Assembly: GCA_949283935.1 (NCBI GenBank)
Contig: CASDUJ010000034.1
Span: 57,885 to 121,884, forward strand
Length of the DNA stretch: 64,000 nt
Direction: 5' to 3'
DNA from: an uncultured bacterium
Lineage (GTDB): Bacteria > Cyanobacteriota > Vampirovibrionia > Gastranaerophilales > JAILCC01
A model generated the notes under the pieces. The model was given only the letters and a program-made list of their open reading frames with translations, was not told where the DNA came from and did no database searches. The position numbers and the translations under genes were made by a program. Below, in pieces: positions 49,082-57,991 of the stretch. Numbering within the stretch: position 1 is the stretch's first letter; each line of letters opens with the position of its first letter.

Positions 49082-49767
49082 TTATTTCTTGTATTTTTTT
49101 CGCAAATAAATTTATATTCACAAAAGCAACATTTGTTTTGCATTTGTATGGCATTTGGTGGAACAAAAGATTTTATTTCCTTTATAGTTTTCAAAAAATT
49201 CTCTTCAAACTGAACGTATAATTCTTGAGAAAATTCTATACTTTTTTCCTCTAAATTAGGTGTTCTTACAAAAGTAAAAATTATGTTTTCTGCACATACA
49301 TTAATCTTTAAATCTTTTCTGGCTTTGTAAAAAGCATACAAATAAATTTGAGCTTGCAAATCCAAAATTGGATTTTTCGGAATTTGCATGCCAGTTTTCC
49401 AATCTGCAATAGTATATTTACCTGTTATATTATCAAAAAAGACAGCATCAATTCTACCTACAAATAAATTTTTTGTATTTGCAATATTTACACAAAATCC
49501 CCATTCAGTTAAAAATGGTGTTTGTTTTAACAATTTGTAATTTAAAATACTTTTGTAGTGTTTCAAAACTTCTTCATCAGAAATTTTTTCCATCAAATTC
49601 ATATCAAACCCATTTAATTTATAACTAATTAGAGCATGCACTTTTTTCCCTAATTCAAAATTTTGCTCGGTTTTTGGAATAACAATTTTTTTTATATATT
49701 TCAAATAATATTTTTGTTTACAAATCTGCCAATCTTTTAACATTGAATTGTTATAAATATTAATCAT
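49078..49767 (-). CDS. PD-(D/E)XK nuclease, Cas4/AddB-like with Fe-S Cys cluster
   Basis: N-terminal W.ICKQKYYLKY, GKKVHA, catalytic GRIDAVF...TIADWKTG, QIYLY, and C-terminal CCFCEYKFIC. One N-terminal Cys plus three or more C-terminal Cys, as in Cas4-type 4Fe-4S nucleases. Confidence 0.75.
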   Translation of the reverse strand: MINIYNNSMLKDWQICKQKYYLKYIKKIVIPKTEQNFELGKKVHALISYKLNGFDMNLMEKISDEEVLKHYKSILNYKLLKQTPFLTEWGFCVNIANTKNLFVGRIDAVFFDNITGKYTIADWKTGMQIPKNPILDLQAQIYLYAFYKARKDLKINVCAENIIFTFVRTPNLEEKSIEFSQELYVQFEENFLKTIKEIKSFVPPNAIQMQNKCCFCEYKFICEKNTRNN

Positions 49768-49773
49768 AAAAAC

Positions 49774-50355
49774 CTACTTGGCAAGTTTTACTAAAAGTTG
49801 GACAATAAAAGTCTTTTCCAAAAGTATTTTCTTTTTAGCCAAAATTTTTACATCAGGGAAATAACCTTTTTGCAAAACAGAAATTTGCATTACAAGAATA
49901 CGTCCTTCTTTTATAAATTCAAAATCAATATTTTTTACTAATTCTAGATGTTCTCGATCTAACAAATCAGCAACACGTAAAATTCCTGCCAATTTTTTCA
50001 CAATTCTTTTTTGTGAATTATCTAATTTTTTAAAATATTTATCAAATTTAGAAGGTATTTCCCCAGAATGATAACGAGCAATTTGAGCAATTACTTCTAA
50101 TTCAGCTTTAGTAAATCCTTTTAAAGCTGAATTTACAATTATTTCATATGATTTAATATAATGTTCAGATGAACTTATTGTTCTTCCTATATCGTGATAT
50201 TTTGCTGCCTGTTTTAGATATTCCAGTTCTTTGTCACCTAATTCATGCAAAAATTGAGTATTTTGAAAAATCAATACAGCAAGCTTTGTAACCTGAGTAC
50301 TATGGGATTTTTCCGACTCGGAAAAATTTTTGTAAATGCTTTCAATATTATACAT
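49774..50355 (-). CDS. Stand-alone HD domain protein resembling the C-terminal domain of Ppx/GppA
   Basis: HSTQVTKLA...LKQAAKYHDIGR...IARYH...LRVADLLDREH. No actin-like Ppx N-domains. Confidence 0.7.
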   Translation of the reverse strand: MYNIESIYKNFSESEKSHSTQVTKLAVLIFQNTQFLHELGDKELEYLKQAAKYHDIGRTISSSEHYIKSYEIIVNSALKGFTKAELEVIAQIARYHSGEIPSKFDKYFKKLDNSQKRIVKKLAGILRVADLLDREHLELVKNIDFEFIKEGRILVMQISVLQKGYFPDVKILAKKKILLEKTFIVQLLVKLAK

Positions 50356-50700
50356 CTAGTTTTTTTCCAAAGATTTTCTTATATCTTCCTTTGTTATGCC
50401 GATTTCTTCAAGCGACTTAATGAAATGTTCTGAAACACTTTTTTGCACATTAATTGGAACAACCCGAAGAAGTTCTATTGCTTTAGAAATTATCGGATCT
50501 TTATCATACCAGCGATTCCCTCCATCTTTAGGCTTTACGGTTTCATAAAAACGATTAACCGTATCCGAACCAGCTTGTGTTTCAACTTTTTCAAGAAAAA
50601 TTTTAGCTTGTTCTCTTAATTCATCTTGATAAAACCTAAGCATTTCTATTACTTCAAGAAGCATTGGATCATAATCGTACCATCTCTTGTATTTTGTCAT
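50356..50700 (-). CDS. Hypothetical 114-aa protein with internal duplication (RWYD.DP...IE.LR twice)
   Basis: ATGA overlap with the murA stop, and abuts the HD gene. Residues 5-22 (KRWYDYDPMLLEVIEMLR) and 62-79 (NRWYDKDPIISKAIELLR) are clear repeats. Confidence 0.6.
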   Translation of the reverse strand: MTKYKRWYDYDPMLLEVIEMLRFYQDELREQAKIFLEKVETQAGSDTVNRFYETVKPKDGGNRWYDKDPIISKAIELLRVVPINVQKSVSEHFIKSLEEIGITKEDIRKSLEKN

Positions 50701-52019
50701 AAAATCATTACCTTTGGATTGCCAATTTGATTATCTGATAAATTTTCATTTATTTCAACTCTTTTAATATTTGCTCCTAAAAGAGTAAATTTTTCTTCTA
50801 GTTTTTCATATCCTCTATCAATATGGTGTATATTACTAATAGAAGATGTTCCTCTTGCCGCTAAAGCTGCAATAACAAGAGAAGCACCGGCTCTAAGATC
50901 GCTTGCTTTTACTTCTGCACCAGTTAAATATTCAACACCTTTTATTATTGCTTTTGAATTTTCTTGTTGAATATTAGCACCCATTCTGCGTAATTCAGGT
51001 ACTTGCATAAATCTATTTTCAAACAAACTTTCTGTAATAATACTTATTCCATCAGCAAGAGACAACACGCTCATCACTGGAGCCTGCATATCAGTATGAA
51101 AGCCAGGATATGGCTGAGTAACCAAATTTGTAGCCTTTAATACTTTATCTTTTTTGACTTTTAATATATATGGATCTATTGCTTCAATTTGTACTCCAAT
51201 TTCTTGTAATTTATTCAAGAAAAATGTTAAATGAGAAGGAATAATATCTTTTACCAAAATTTCTCCACCAACCGCACATAAAGCGCAAATATAGCTTGCT
51301 GCTTCAATTCTATCTGGAATTGTAGAATACTCTATTCCATGCAAAGAACCTTTTTTTACCCCGTTAATTATAATTTCAGAAGTCCCTGCACCAGATATAT
51401 CAGCACCTGCCATATTTAAAAAATTAGCCAAATCAATAATTTCAGGTTCTTGAGCTGCATTTTGAATTCTAGTTACTCCATCAGCAAAAATTGATGCAAG
51501 CATAATATTTTCTGTCGCACCAACAGAAGGCAAAGCAAGTGAAATATCTGCTCCAATTAAATTTTCTGCATAAGCAATTACGTAACCATTTTCAATATTT
51601 ACATTTGCCCCTAATAACTGCAAACCTTTAATATGAAAATCAACTCTGCGTTCCCCTATTGCACATCCACCAGGCAAAGCAACTTTTGCTTCGCCGCATC
51701 TACTTAGCAAAGCTCCTAAAACATTGAAAGATGCACGCATTTTACTTACATATGCATAGTCAGCTGTACAATTATTAATGTTACGTGCATCAATTTCAAT
51801 TGTTTGGGTAATTTTGTTGTATTTAGTCTTAGCTCCTAAACAATTAATAAGCTCCACCATGGTCTCAACATCTGATAGATCTGGCACATTATGTATTATG
51901 CATATATCTTGAACCAGAAGAGCAGCTGCAATAAGTTTTAATACTGCATTCTTAGCTCCGCTGATAGCAACTTCGCCATGTAATTCTTTACCACCCTCAA
52001 TAACAATTCGTTTTGACAA
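50697..52019 (-). CDS. murA: UDP-GlcNAc 1-carboxyvinyltransferase MurA
   Basis: TTG start with a GGAG SD 8 nt upstream. 440 aa with ISGAKNA, active-site loop LPGGCAIG.RRVD, and C-terminal HIDRGYE. Confidence 0.95.
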   Translation of the reverse strand: MSKRIVIEGGKELHGEVAISGAKNAVLKLIAAALLVQDICIIHNVPDLSDVETMVELINCLGAKTKYNKITQTIEIDARNINNCTADYAYVSKMRASFNVLGALLSRCGEAKVALPGGCAIGERRVDFHIKGLQLLGANVNIENGYVIAYAENLIGADISLALPSVGATENIMLASIFADGVTRIQNAAQEPEIIDLANFLNMAGADISGAGTSEIIINGVKKGSLHGIEYSTIPDRIEAASYICALCAVGGEILVKDIIPSHLTFFLNKLQEIGVQIEAIDPYILKVKKDKVLKATNLVTQPYPGFHTDMQAPVMSVLSLADGISIITESLFENRFMQVPELRRMGANIQQENSKAIIKGVEYLTGAEVKASDLRAGASLVIAALAARGTSSISNIHHIDRGYEKLEEKFTLLGANIKRVEINENLSDNQIGNPKVMIL

Positions 52020-52048
52020 TCCCTTGACTCCATTTAAAATACAACATT

Positions 52049-52077
52049 ATTTTATTATTTAAAAATCTATATGTAAA
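52049..52077 (-). promoter_or_regulatory. Candidate sigma-70 promoter for murA (-35 TTTACA, 17 nt, -10 TAAAAT)
   Basis: Read on the minus strand. It would leave a ~23 nt leader to the TTG start. Confidence 0.5.
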
Positions 52078-52110
52078 TAGGTTTTAAGGTGTAATGTTTA
52101 GCCTTTGAAT

Positions 52111-52144
52111 CCCCCCTTAAATCACATGGGGGCTTCTTTTTTTT
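52111..52144 (+). terminator. Orphan plus-strand terminator-like hairpin in the murA/rpsA divergent spacer
   Basis: CCCCC-(11 nt loop)-GGGGG followed by CTTCTTTTTTTT. No plus-strand gene lies upstream of it, and the rpsA promoter motif lies just downstream. Confidence 0.5.
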
Positions 52145-52152
52145 ATTAAATA

Positions 52153-52161
52153 TGTTATAAT
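52153..52161 (+). promoter_or_regulatory. Extended -10 promoter element (TGTTATAAT) for rpsA
   Basis: The exact 12-mer ATATGTTATAAT occurs 81 nt upstream of ATG 52242. Confidence 0.45.
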
Positions 52162-52241
52162 TACAAGTGGTGGATAATATCTAAAGCAAATTTTGCATGG
52201 ATAAGCTTGTGTCAACCGTAGCTTATGGAGTTTTAAAATAA

Positions 52242-53327
52242 ATGGGTAATGAAAAAATAAACAGCAACTCAAGTTTTGCAGAACTACTAGATAAATATGA
52301 TTATAAATTTTCTAAAGGAGATTTGGTAAAAGGTGTTGTTGTGTCAATAGATAATTCCGGAGTTTTGGTTGATATTGGTGCAAAAGCAGTAGCTTATGTT
52401 CACCCTAAAGAAGTATTTTGCGAAAATAGTAAAAACTTTAAAGAAGCTTTGAAAATTGGAGAAGAATACGAATTTTTAATAATAAAAGAAGAAGATGAAG
52501 ATGGACAACTTACACTTTCTCATAAAAGAGTTGCCCAAGCTTATAGTTGGAAAAAAATTGAAGAAATTTTTGCAAACAATGAAAGTGTTATGGCAGAAGT
52601 AAAAGCTGCAGTTAAAGGTGGCTTACTTGCAGAAGTATATGGTTTGAAAGCATTTATTCCATCAAGTCATTTGCGAATAAAAGACATTAATGAATGCATA
52701 GGGCAATCTATAGAAGTTAAAATTCTTTCAATTGATTCTGCTACTTCTAATCTTATTCTTTCTCAAAGAAAACTTATTAATGATTCTCAAACAGATAAGA
52801 GAAAAAATACTTTCGAAAATGTAGAAGTTGGTAGTATCATTGAAGGGGAAATTGTAAGACTTGCAGATTTTGGTGCTTTTGTTGATATAGGCGGAATAGA
52901 TGGTCTTTTACCACTTTCTCAAATGTCTTGGAGATGGGTAGACCACCCATCTGACATCATAAAAGTTGGAGACATAATAAAAGTTGAGGTAATTGGAATA
53001 GATCATGATAAACAAAGAGTAAGTTTAAGCCTGAAAAATCTCCAAGCAGATCCTTGGGAAAAAGCAAAAGAAGAAATAAAAGAAGGCAGCAAAGTAAAAG
53101 GGAAAATTACCAGAATAAAAGCTTTTGGGGCTTTTGTAGAAATTTTACAAGGGGTAGAAGCTTTATTGCCATATAAAGATTTACTTGAATATCAGCAAAC
53201 AAATAATGTTGCACTTGATTCAGGAAGTGAAATTGAAACCTATGTAGTTAAATTTAACCCTGATGATAGAAGAATTAGTCTTAGCGTAAATCCTTTTACT
53301 AACGAATCTCCTGCTCAAGAAGAGTAA
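52242..53327 (+). CDS. rpsA: 30S ribosomal protein S1 (four S1 domains)
   Basis: 361 aa with four repeats of the S1 OB-fold pattern (G..V.G.V......G..VD.G....G..P.S). Confidence 0.9.
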   Translation: MGNEKINSNSSFAELLDKYDYKFSKGDLVKGVVVSIDNSGVLVDIGAKAVAYVHPKEVFCENSKNFKEALKIGEEYEFLIIKEEDEDGQLTLSHKRVAQAYSWKKIEEIFANNESVMAEVKAAVKGGLLAEVYGLKAFIPSSHLRIKDINECIGQSIEVKILSIDSATSNLILSQRKLINDSQTDKRKNTFENVEVGSIIEGEIVRLADFGAFVDIGGIDGLLPLSQMSWRWVDHPSDIIKVGDIIKVEVIGIDHDKQRVSLSLKNLQADPWEKAKEEIKEGSKVKGKITRIKAFGAFVEILQGVEALLPYKDLLEYQQTNNVALDSGSEIETYVVKFNPDDRRISLSVNPFTNESPAQEE

Positions 53328-53389
53328 AAATAGCAATATTTTCCTATTATTTGTTTTTTATAGATATAAGGTAAAATGGGAAATTATCT

Positions 53390-54340
53390 GTGAATTACTT
53401 AATTGTTGTGGGGAAAATTGCTAAGGCAATAGCTAAAGCAGTTCCAAAAGGCAAAAGTATTAAGGCTATAAGAAATACGACCGTGAATCTTGGAGATGAT
53501 TTAGCCAAAGTTTTACCTGAATTTAATCATCAACCTTCTGAAGATTTATTTAATTTAATTGCACAAACAAAAATACAAAACAAATATTTATCTGATATTT
53601 TTGAAAAATATCAAAAAGTATCAAACAAGCTTACGGATAGATTTTTTGAACATAATGAAGGAATACAAAAACTTTTTACAATATACCAAAAAAACGGAAA
53701 CGAAGGATTATACGAAGCATTAATAAAAAAATCACATGAAATGCTTTCTCAAAACCCCATAAATGAAGCAATAAAACTAAAAAAAGCCTCTAACAATTCA
53801 TTACGACAATACTGGAAAGAAGTTTGTGGAATAAATATTACGACTAACCCCCAAACTGCTAAAACAGAAAGCATAACAGATAAATTATTCAAAAAAGTTT
53901 TACAAAAAAAGACATACAGCCAAATGAGACATGCAAACGAAGGTGGTATGGAAATAGATTTATTAGGTTTAAATGCAGATGTAGCCCAAAGAATTGATGC
54001 ACATGGAATTGCAAAAGAATCTTTCAAAGCACAATTAGAAACATTGCACAATTTTTTGACAAAAGGAATAAACAAAAATAAAGCATTTCATACTTTTCCT
54101 CTAGGATTAAAACAAGAATACCAAGGTGCAGGAGCAGGTTTAGGAGCAGTAGAAGCTTATAGAGACGGCTCTTTTATTATTACATCTGGTTTAGACAAAA
54201 ATTTGAGTAATGATGGAATTCAATATGTAATAGTTAACCATTGTTTTTTTGATATATTAGCTGATTTGCAAAACGCATATCCAAAAGTTAAATTTATAAA
54301 ATCTGTCGATGCTCCGCAATTTTTTAATAATATGAAATAA
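53390..54340 (+). CDS. Hypothetical 316-aa protein
   Basis: GTG start (an upstream ATG is out of frame). Lys-rich amphipathic N-terminus (VGKIAKAIAKAVPKGK). No motif recognised. Confidence 0.5.
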   Translation: MNYLIVVGKIAKAIAKAVPKGKSIKAIRNTTVNLGDDLAKVLPEFNHQPSEDLFNLIAQTKIQNKYLSDIFEKYQKVSNKLTDRFFEHNEGIQKLFTIYQKNGNEGLYEALIKKSHEMLSQNPINEAIKLKKASNNSLRQYWKEVCGINITTNPQTAKTESITDKLFKKVLQKKTYSQMRHANEGGMEIDLLGLNADVAQRIDAHGIAKESFKAQLETLHNFLTKGINKNKAFHTFPLGLKQEYQGAGAGLGAVEAYRDGSFIITSGLDKNLSNDGIQYVIVNHCFFDILADLQNAYPKVKFIKSVDAPQFFNNMK

Positions 54341-54428
54341 TCCCTAAAAATAGACCTATAGATTGATGTTTATAATAAGAAAAAATTGCAAAATAATATA
54401 AGAACGTTTTTATGGAGAGAGGTTTCAG

Positions 54429-54596
54429 ATGGAAAAAGGTATTTTCAAGATATTAGAAAGACAAGAAGAAATAACTGAACCATCAATGAGTTTATTGTGG
54501 GCTTGGCAAAATCAGCCTCCTGTTATGCAATGGTGGTTTGCATTATCTGGCATTAGCATTATGGCTGTTTATTTTGTTTTGGTTGCAAAATTATAA
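54429..54596 (+). CDS. Small (55 aa) Trp-rich tail-anchored membrane protein, below the ORF-track cutoff
   Basis: Strong SD GGAGAGAGG 6 nt upstream, and a TATAAT at 54371-54376. Translation MEKGIFKILERQEEITEPSMSLLWAWQNQPPVMQWWFALSGISIMAVYFVLVAKL. Its 3' end overlaps the lptF/G 3' end by 6 nt. Confidence 0.5.
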   Translation: MEKGIFKILERQEEITEPSMSLLWAWQNQPPVMQWWFALSGISIMAVYFVLVAKL

Positions 54597-55721
54597 ATCT
54601 TTGCTTTTAGCATAAAAAATCATTGCAATAGATATAACAATTAACGGTAAAAATGCTGTTATGATAGGTGGTAGTATAGATTTCTCTGCAAGCATATTAA
54701 TGAATGGAACCGTTAAATAATATGCAAATATTATTAATGCACCTATTGTAAAACCTAAGAATCTATTTTCTCTAGGTCTGCTCCAGCCTAAAATTAAACC
54801 ACAAATCGCAAATATAATACAACTCAAAGTTTGTGCAAATCTTTGATATAAATTATTTAAATTTGCATTATATTCATCTTTAATTTGTTCATCTTTCAAT
54901 AATTTTAAATGTTCTTTTAATTCTTTTTGAGTTAATTCATCCGGCTTAACATCGTACATCTGAAGAAGTTTGTTAGCATTAATTGCTGTTTTACCTTCTA
55001 AAATAACCATTTCATCAATTTTCTTTATGTTTTTGTATATACCAGTTCCAAGAAGTTCATAAATTGTAACATCATTTACAATAAATTTATCGTTTTGAAA
55101 TCTACCATTTTCTGCAAATATAATATTTTTCATAGATGCATCTTCTTTGGAATTTGTAGTAATTTCGGGAGTAATTTGAAAAATATTTATATTTTTCATG
55201 TAATCACCATTAGTTTTTGAAACAATAATCAATTGTTTTGGATTACTTTGTTCATCTTTTTCAAGATAAGACCATTGAATTTCTTCACGATCATTTCCAG
55301 CTTTAATCTTTTCTACTCTTTGAGAAGAATAAGGAATAAAAGTATTATACGCAAAGAAACAAAATATGGCGAAAATTCCACTTAACACTAAGATGGGGCG
55401 CATTAAACGCCAAAAACTTACTCCAATAGAACGTAAAATAACAAGTTCAAAATTTCTGCTCAGCATATCTGTCACAAACAGAGTCCCTAATAATAAACCA
55501 ACAGGTATTGCTTTGCCCAAAATAGTAGGTATTTCAAAGAAAAACCATTCTAAACCCTGTTGCAAAGTTATTTGGTTATAAGTTACTCTGTGAATAATTT
55601 TAAATAATGTTTCCGGAGAAATCCAAACCACAACAAACGCAATAATTCCAACAAATGTTGCTATTGCAACAAGCTGAAATATGTATTTATCCAATATTTT
55701 TGCAGAACCAAATCTCATCAT
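54591..55721 (-). CDS. LPS export ABC permease, LptF/LptG (YjgP/YjgQ) family
   Basis: 376 aa. N-terminal ILDKYIF motif, three TM segments, a periplasmic beta-jellyroll-sized insert, then three TM segments. Overlaps the lptB stop. Confidence 0.85.
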   Translation of the reverse strand: MMRFGSAKILDKYIFQLVAIATFVGIIAFVVVWISPETLFKIIHRVTYNQITLQQGLEWFFFEIPTILGKAIPVGLLLGTLFVTDMLSRNFELVILRSIGVSFWRLMRPILVLSGIFAIFCFFAYNTFIPYSSQRVEKIKAGNDREEIQWSYLEKDEQSNPKQLIIVSKTNGDYMKNINIFQITPEITTNSKEDASMKNIIFAENGRFQNDKFIVNDVTIYELLGTGIYKNIKKIDEMVILEGKTAINANKLLQMYDVKPDELTQKELKEHLKLLKDEQIKDEYNANLNNLYQRFAQTLSCIIFAICGLILGWSRPRENRFLGFTIGALIIFAYYLTVPFINMLAEKSILPPIITAFLPLIVISIAMIFYAKSKDL

Positions 55722-56440
55722 AATACAAAATCTTCACCAAGATAAAACTTTTTTGCATCAGGATTATTGGCAACGTCCACACTGTTACCAGCTATCTTAA
55801 TCTTTCCGTCAAATATTAAATTTACTCTATCTGTTATAGACAAAGTTGCTTTGGGGTTATGATCTGTAATCAAAACTCCTATATTTTTTTCTGTAAGTTT
55901 TCGTATGTGTGCTTGAATTTCTTGAATTGCAATTGGATCAATACCTGTAAATGGCTCGTCAAGCAAAATAAATCTTGGACTTGCTGCAAGTGCTCTGGCA
56001 ATTTCCACTCTTCTTCTTTCTCCACCTGATAATTTTACAGAAGAAACATTACGAAGTCTTTCTACACCAAAATCATTTAACAGTTCTTCAAGTTTTTCTA
56101 CTTTTTGTTTATTATTTAATTTTTCGTTCATTTCCAAAACTAATTTTATATTTTCTTCAACTGTTAAACGACGAAAAATTGAAGTTTCTTGAGGGAGGTA
56201 GCCTATTCCTGCTTTTGCTCTTTTATGCATAGGTTCATTTGTTAAATCTATTCCATCTAGTTCAATTTTACCTGAATTAGCTTTTATTAAACCTACTAAC
56301 ATGTAAAAAGTTGTTGTTTTGCCCGCTCCATTAGGACCAAGAAGACCTACAACTTCACCTGGCTGAACATCAAAAGAAATTTCATTTACTACTGTTCTAT
56401 TATCATATATTTTTATTAGATTTGTTGCTTTTATCGCCAT
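55718..56440 (-). CDS. lptB: LPS export ABC transporter ATPase LptB
   Basis: Walker A GPNGAGKTT, signature LSGGERRR, Walker B ILLDEPF, and the typical 240-aa length. Confidence 0.95.
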   Translation of the reverse strand: MAIKATNLIKIYDNRTVVNEISFDVQPGEVVGLLGPNGAGKTTTFYMLVGLIKANSGKIELDGIDLTNEPMHKRAKAGIGYLPQETSIFRRLTVEENIKLVLEMNEKLNNKQKVEKLEELLNDFGVERLRNVSSVKLSGGERRRVEIARALAASPRFILLDEPFTGIDPIAIQEIQAHIRKLTEKNIGVLITDHNPKATLSITDRVNLIFDGKIKIAGNSVDVANNPDAKKFYLGEDFVL

Positions 56441-56441
56441 A

Positions 56442-57413
56442 TTAAAATCCTTTATTCCCAGAATCTAAATTTTCTAAATTATTAATTTGAGTTTTTACAT
56501 TCCCTTCAGCAGTAAAGTTTTTGGGATTCATAGTAATTACTATACTGTCAGCTTCTATACTTTTGTCTCCTTCTTTAATTTTTGAACGTCCCGAAAATAT
56601 AATTTTATTAGGTCTTTTTGTTTTGGGATTAGCTAACATAACAGCCTTTGGACCCGTTGCAATATAATCATTGTATATTATTTTTACAGCTCCTGATGCC
56701 ATAGCAGTATTTGTTTTGTTGTTGTATTGTTGATTATTTGCCCAAATTTTTACAGTAGTAGCTTCATCAACTTTTACGTTTGTATAAGCAGAACCTGCTG
56801 AAGTCATTATTTCTGTGTTTGCATCTAAATTTACCTCCGAACCAGTTACTAGAATTTTGTCTTGCATAACTTTTGCACTTCCTATAAGTTTTAAATATTC
56901 TAATCCGCCCTTTTTAGAAAGCCATATCTTCGCTGCTTCAGAATTTGTTTTTATATCATCGTATGTCATAACTACATTATTTTTAGCTTCCATTAAATTA
57001 GTATTTGTGTTAAATGATTGGTAATCTGATTTTATTGTAACTGTCGGTTTGCCCAATTTTTCTATTCTTGATTGTACATTACCTGTAGCCTCAACTTCTT
57101 TCGAAATTAACGACAATTTTAAAATATTTGCTTTTGTTTCACTTTTGCTATTTTTAGTAATTTGAATAGCATGAGCTCCTTCAACAAAAGTTGCAGTATC
57201 CGGTTTCCCAGCTTGATTTATGGTTAAAAATGCCTTTGGACTTCTAACATTAACATCATCAATCGTAACTTTTACTTCTTTATCTAATGTAATTAATTTT
57301 TTGGCATCATCATAAACTTGTTTTTTTGATTCAACTGTTAAATTCTTTGCGAATGCAACGTTTACAAGCATCAATAAAATCAATAAAGAAATAAAATATT
57401 TCGAAACTCTCAT
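56442..57413 (-). CDS. lptA: LptA/OstA-like periplasmic protein (about twice the usual LptA length)
   Basis: Signal peptide (LLILLMLVNVAFA), then long beta-rich sequence with repeated OstA_N-like strands. Positioned between lptC and lptB. Confidence 0.7.
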   Translation of the reverse strand: MRVSKYFISLLILLMLVNVAFAKNLTVESKKQVYDDAKKLITLDKEVKVTIDDVNVRSPKAFLTINQAGKPDTATFVEGAHAIQITKNSKSETKANILKLSLISKEVEATGNVQSRIEKLGKPTVTIKSDYQSFNTNTNLMEAKNNVVMTYDDIKTNSEAAKIWLSKKGGLEYLKLIGSAKVMQDKILVTGSEVNLDANTEIMTSAGSAYTNVKVDEATTVKIWANNQQYNNKTNTAMASGAVKIIYNDYIATGPKAVMLANPKTKRPNKIIFSGRSKIKEGDKSIEADSIVITMNPKNFTAEGNVKTQINNLENLDSGNKGF

Positions 57414-57991
57414 TATTCTAACCTCTTTTTTTTGTATTCTTTATAAACCCGTACTTCAGCGTTTTCTATAATTTCAATTTTTTCAAAATCTTTGGTAATA
57501 GTAGCTTTATTGCTTAAAGCAATAATCTCATCAGCTTTGTTTATTACCACATTTCCTTCTGCTCTTACTACATCTTCTGACATTACCCAAGAAACTTTGT
57601 TAGCAGTAAGTTCTGCATCATCTTTTCCTACTATCCTTACATTTTCAAGCAAAGAAATTTGCTTGTTTTCAGAATTATAAGTACCTTTTGGTGCAGTAAA
57701 ACTCATTACCACTTCTCCTTTTTGGTAATAATTTCCTACGATATCAGTTAGAGTAGCTTGGACTTTTTCTGCATCATATTCACCAACTGCAGCATATATT
57801 TCCCAATATTTAATACCATCTTTAGTTTCGGTTATAACTACATCATTTACCTTTGCATATTCAACAGCACCTTGTGATACCAAAAAAGCTTGAAATTCTT
57901 TAGTCCACCTGCCAGCAAAAACAAAGGCAATAATCCCAAGTATCAGTATAAAAACTATAAATATAATAGAAAATTTTGTTCTCTTTTGCAT
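57413..57991 (-). CDS. lptC: LptC-like membrane-anchored LPS transport protein
   Basis: Single N-terminal TM plus a ~160 aa beta-jellyroll-type domain. First gene of the lptCAB-type operon. Confidence 0.7.
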   Translation of the reverse strand: MQKRTKFSIIFIVFILILGIIAFVFAGRWTKEFQAFLVSQGAVEYAKVNDVVITETKDGIKYWEIYAAVGEYDAEKVQATLTDIVGNYYQKGEVVMSFTAPKGTYNSENKQISLLENVRIVGKDDAELTANKVSWVMSEDVVRAEGNVVINKADEIIALSNKATITKDFEKIEIIENAEVRVYKEYKKKRLE

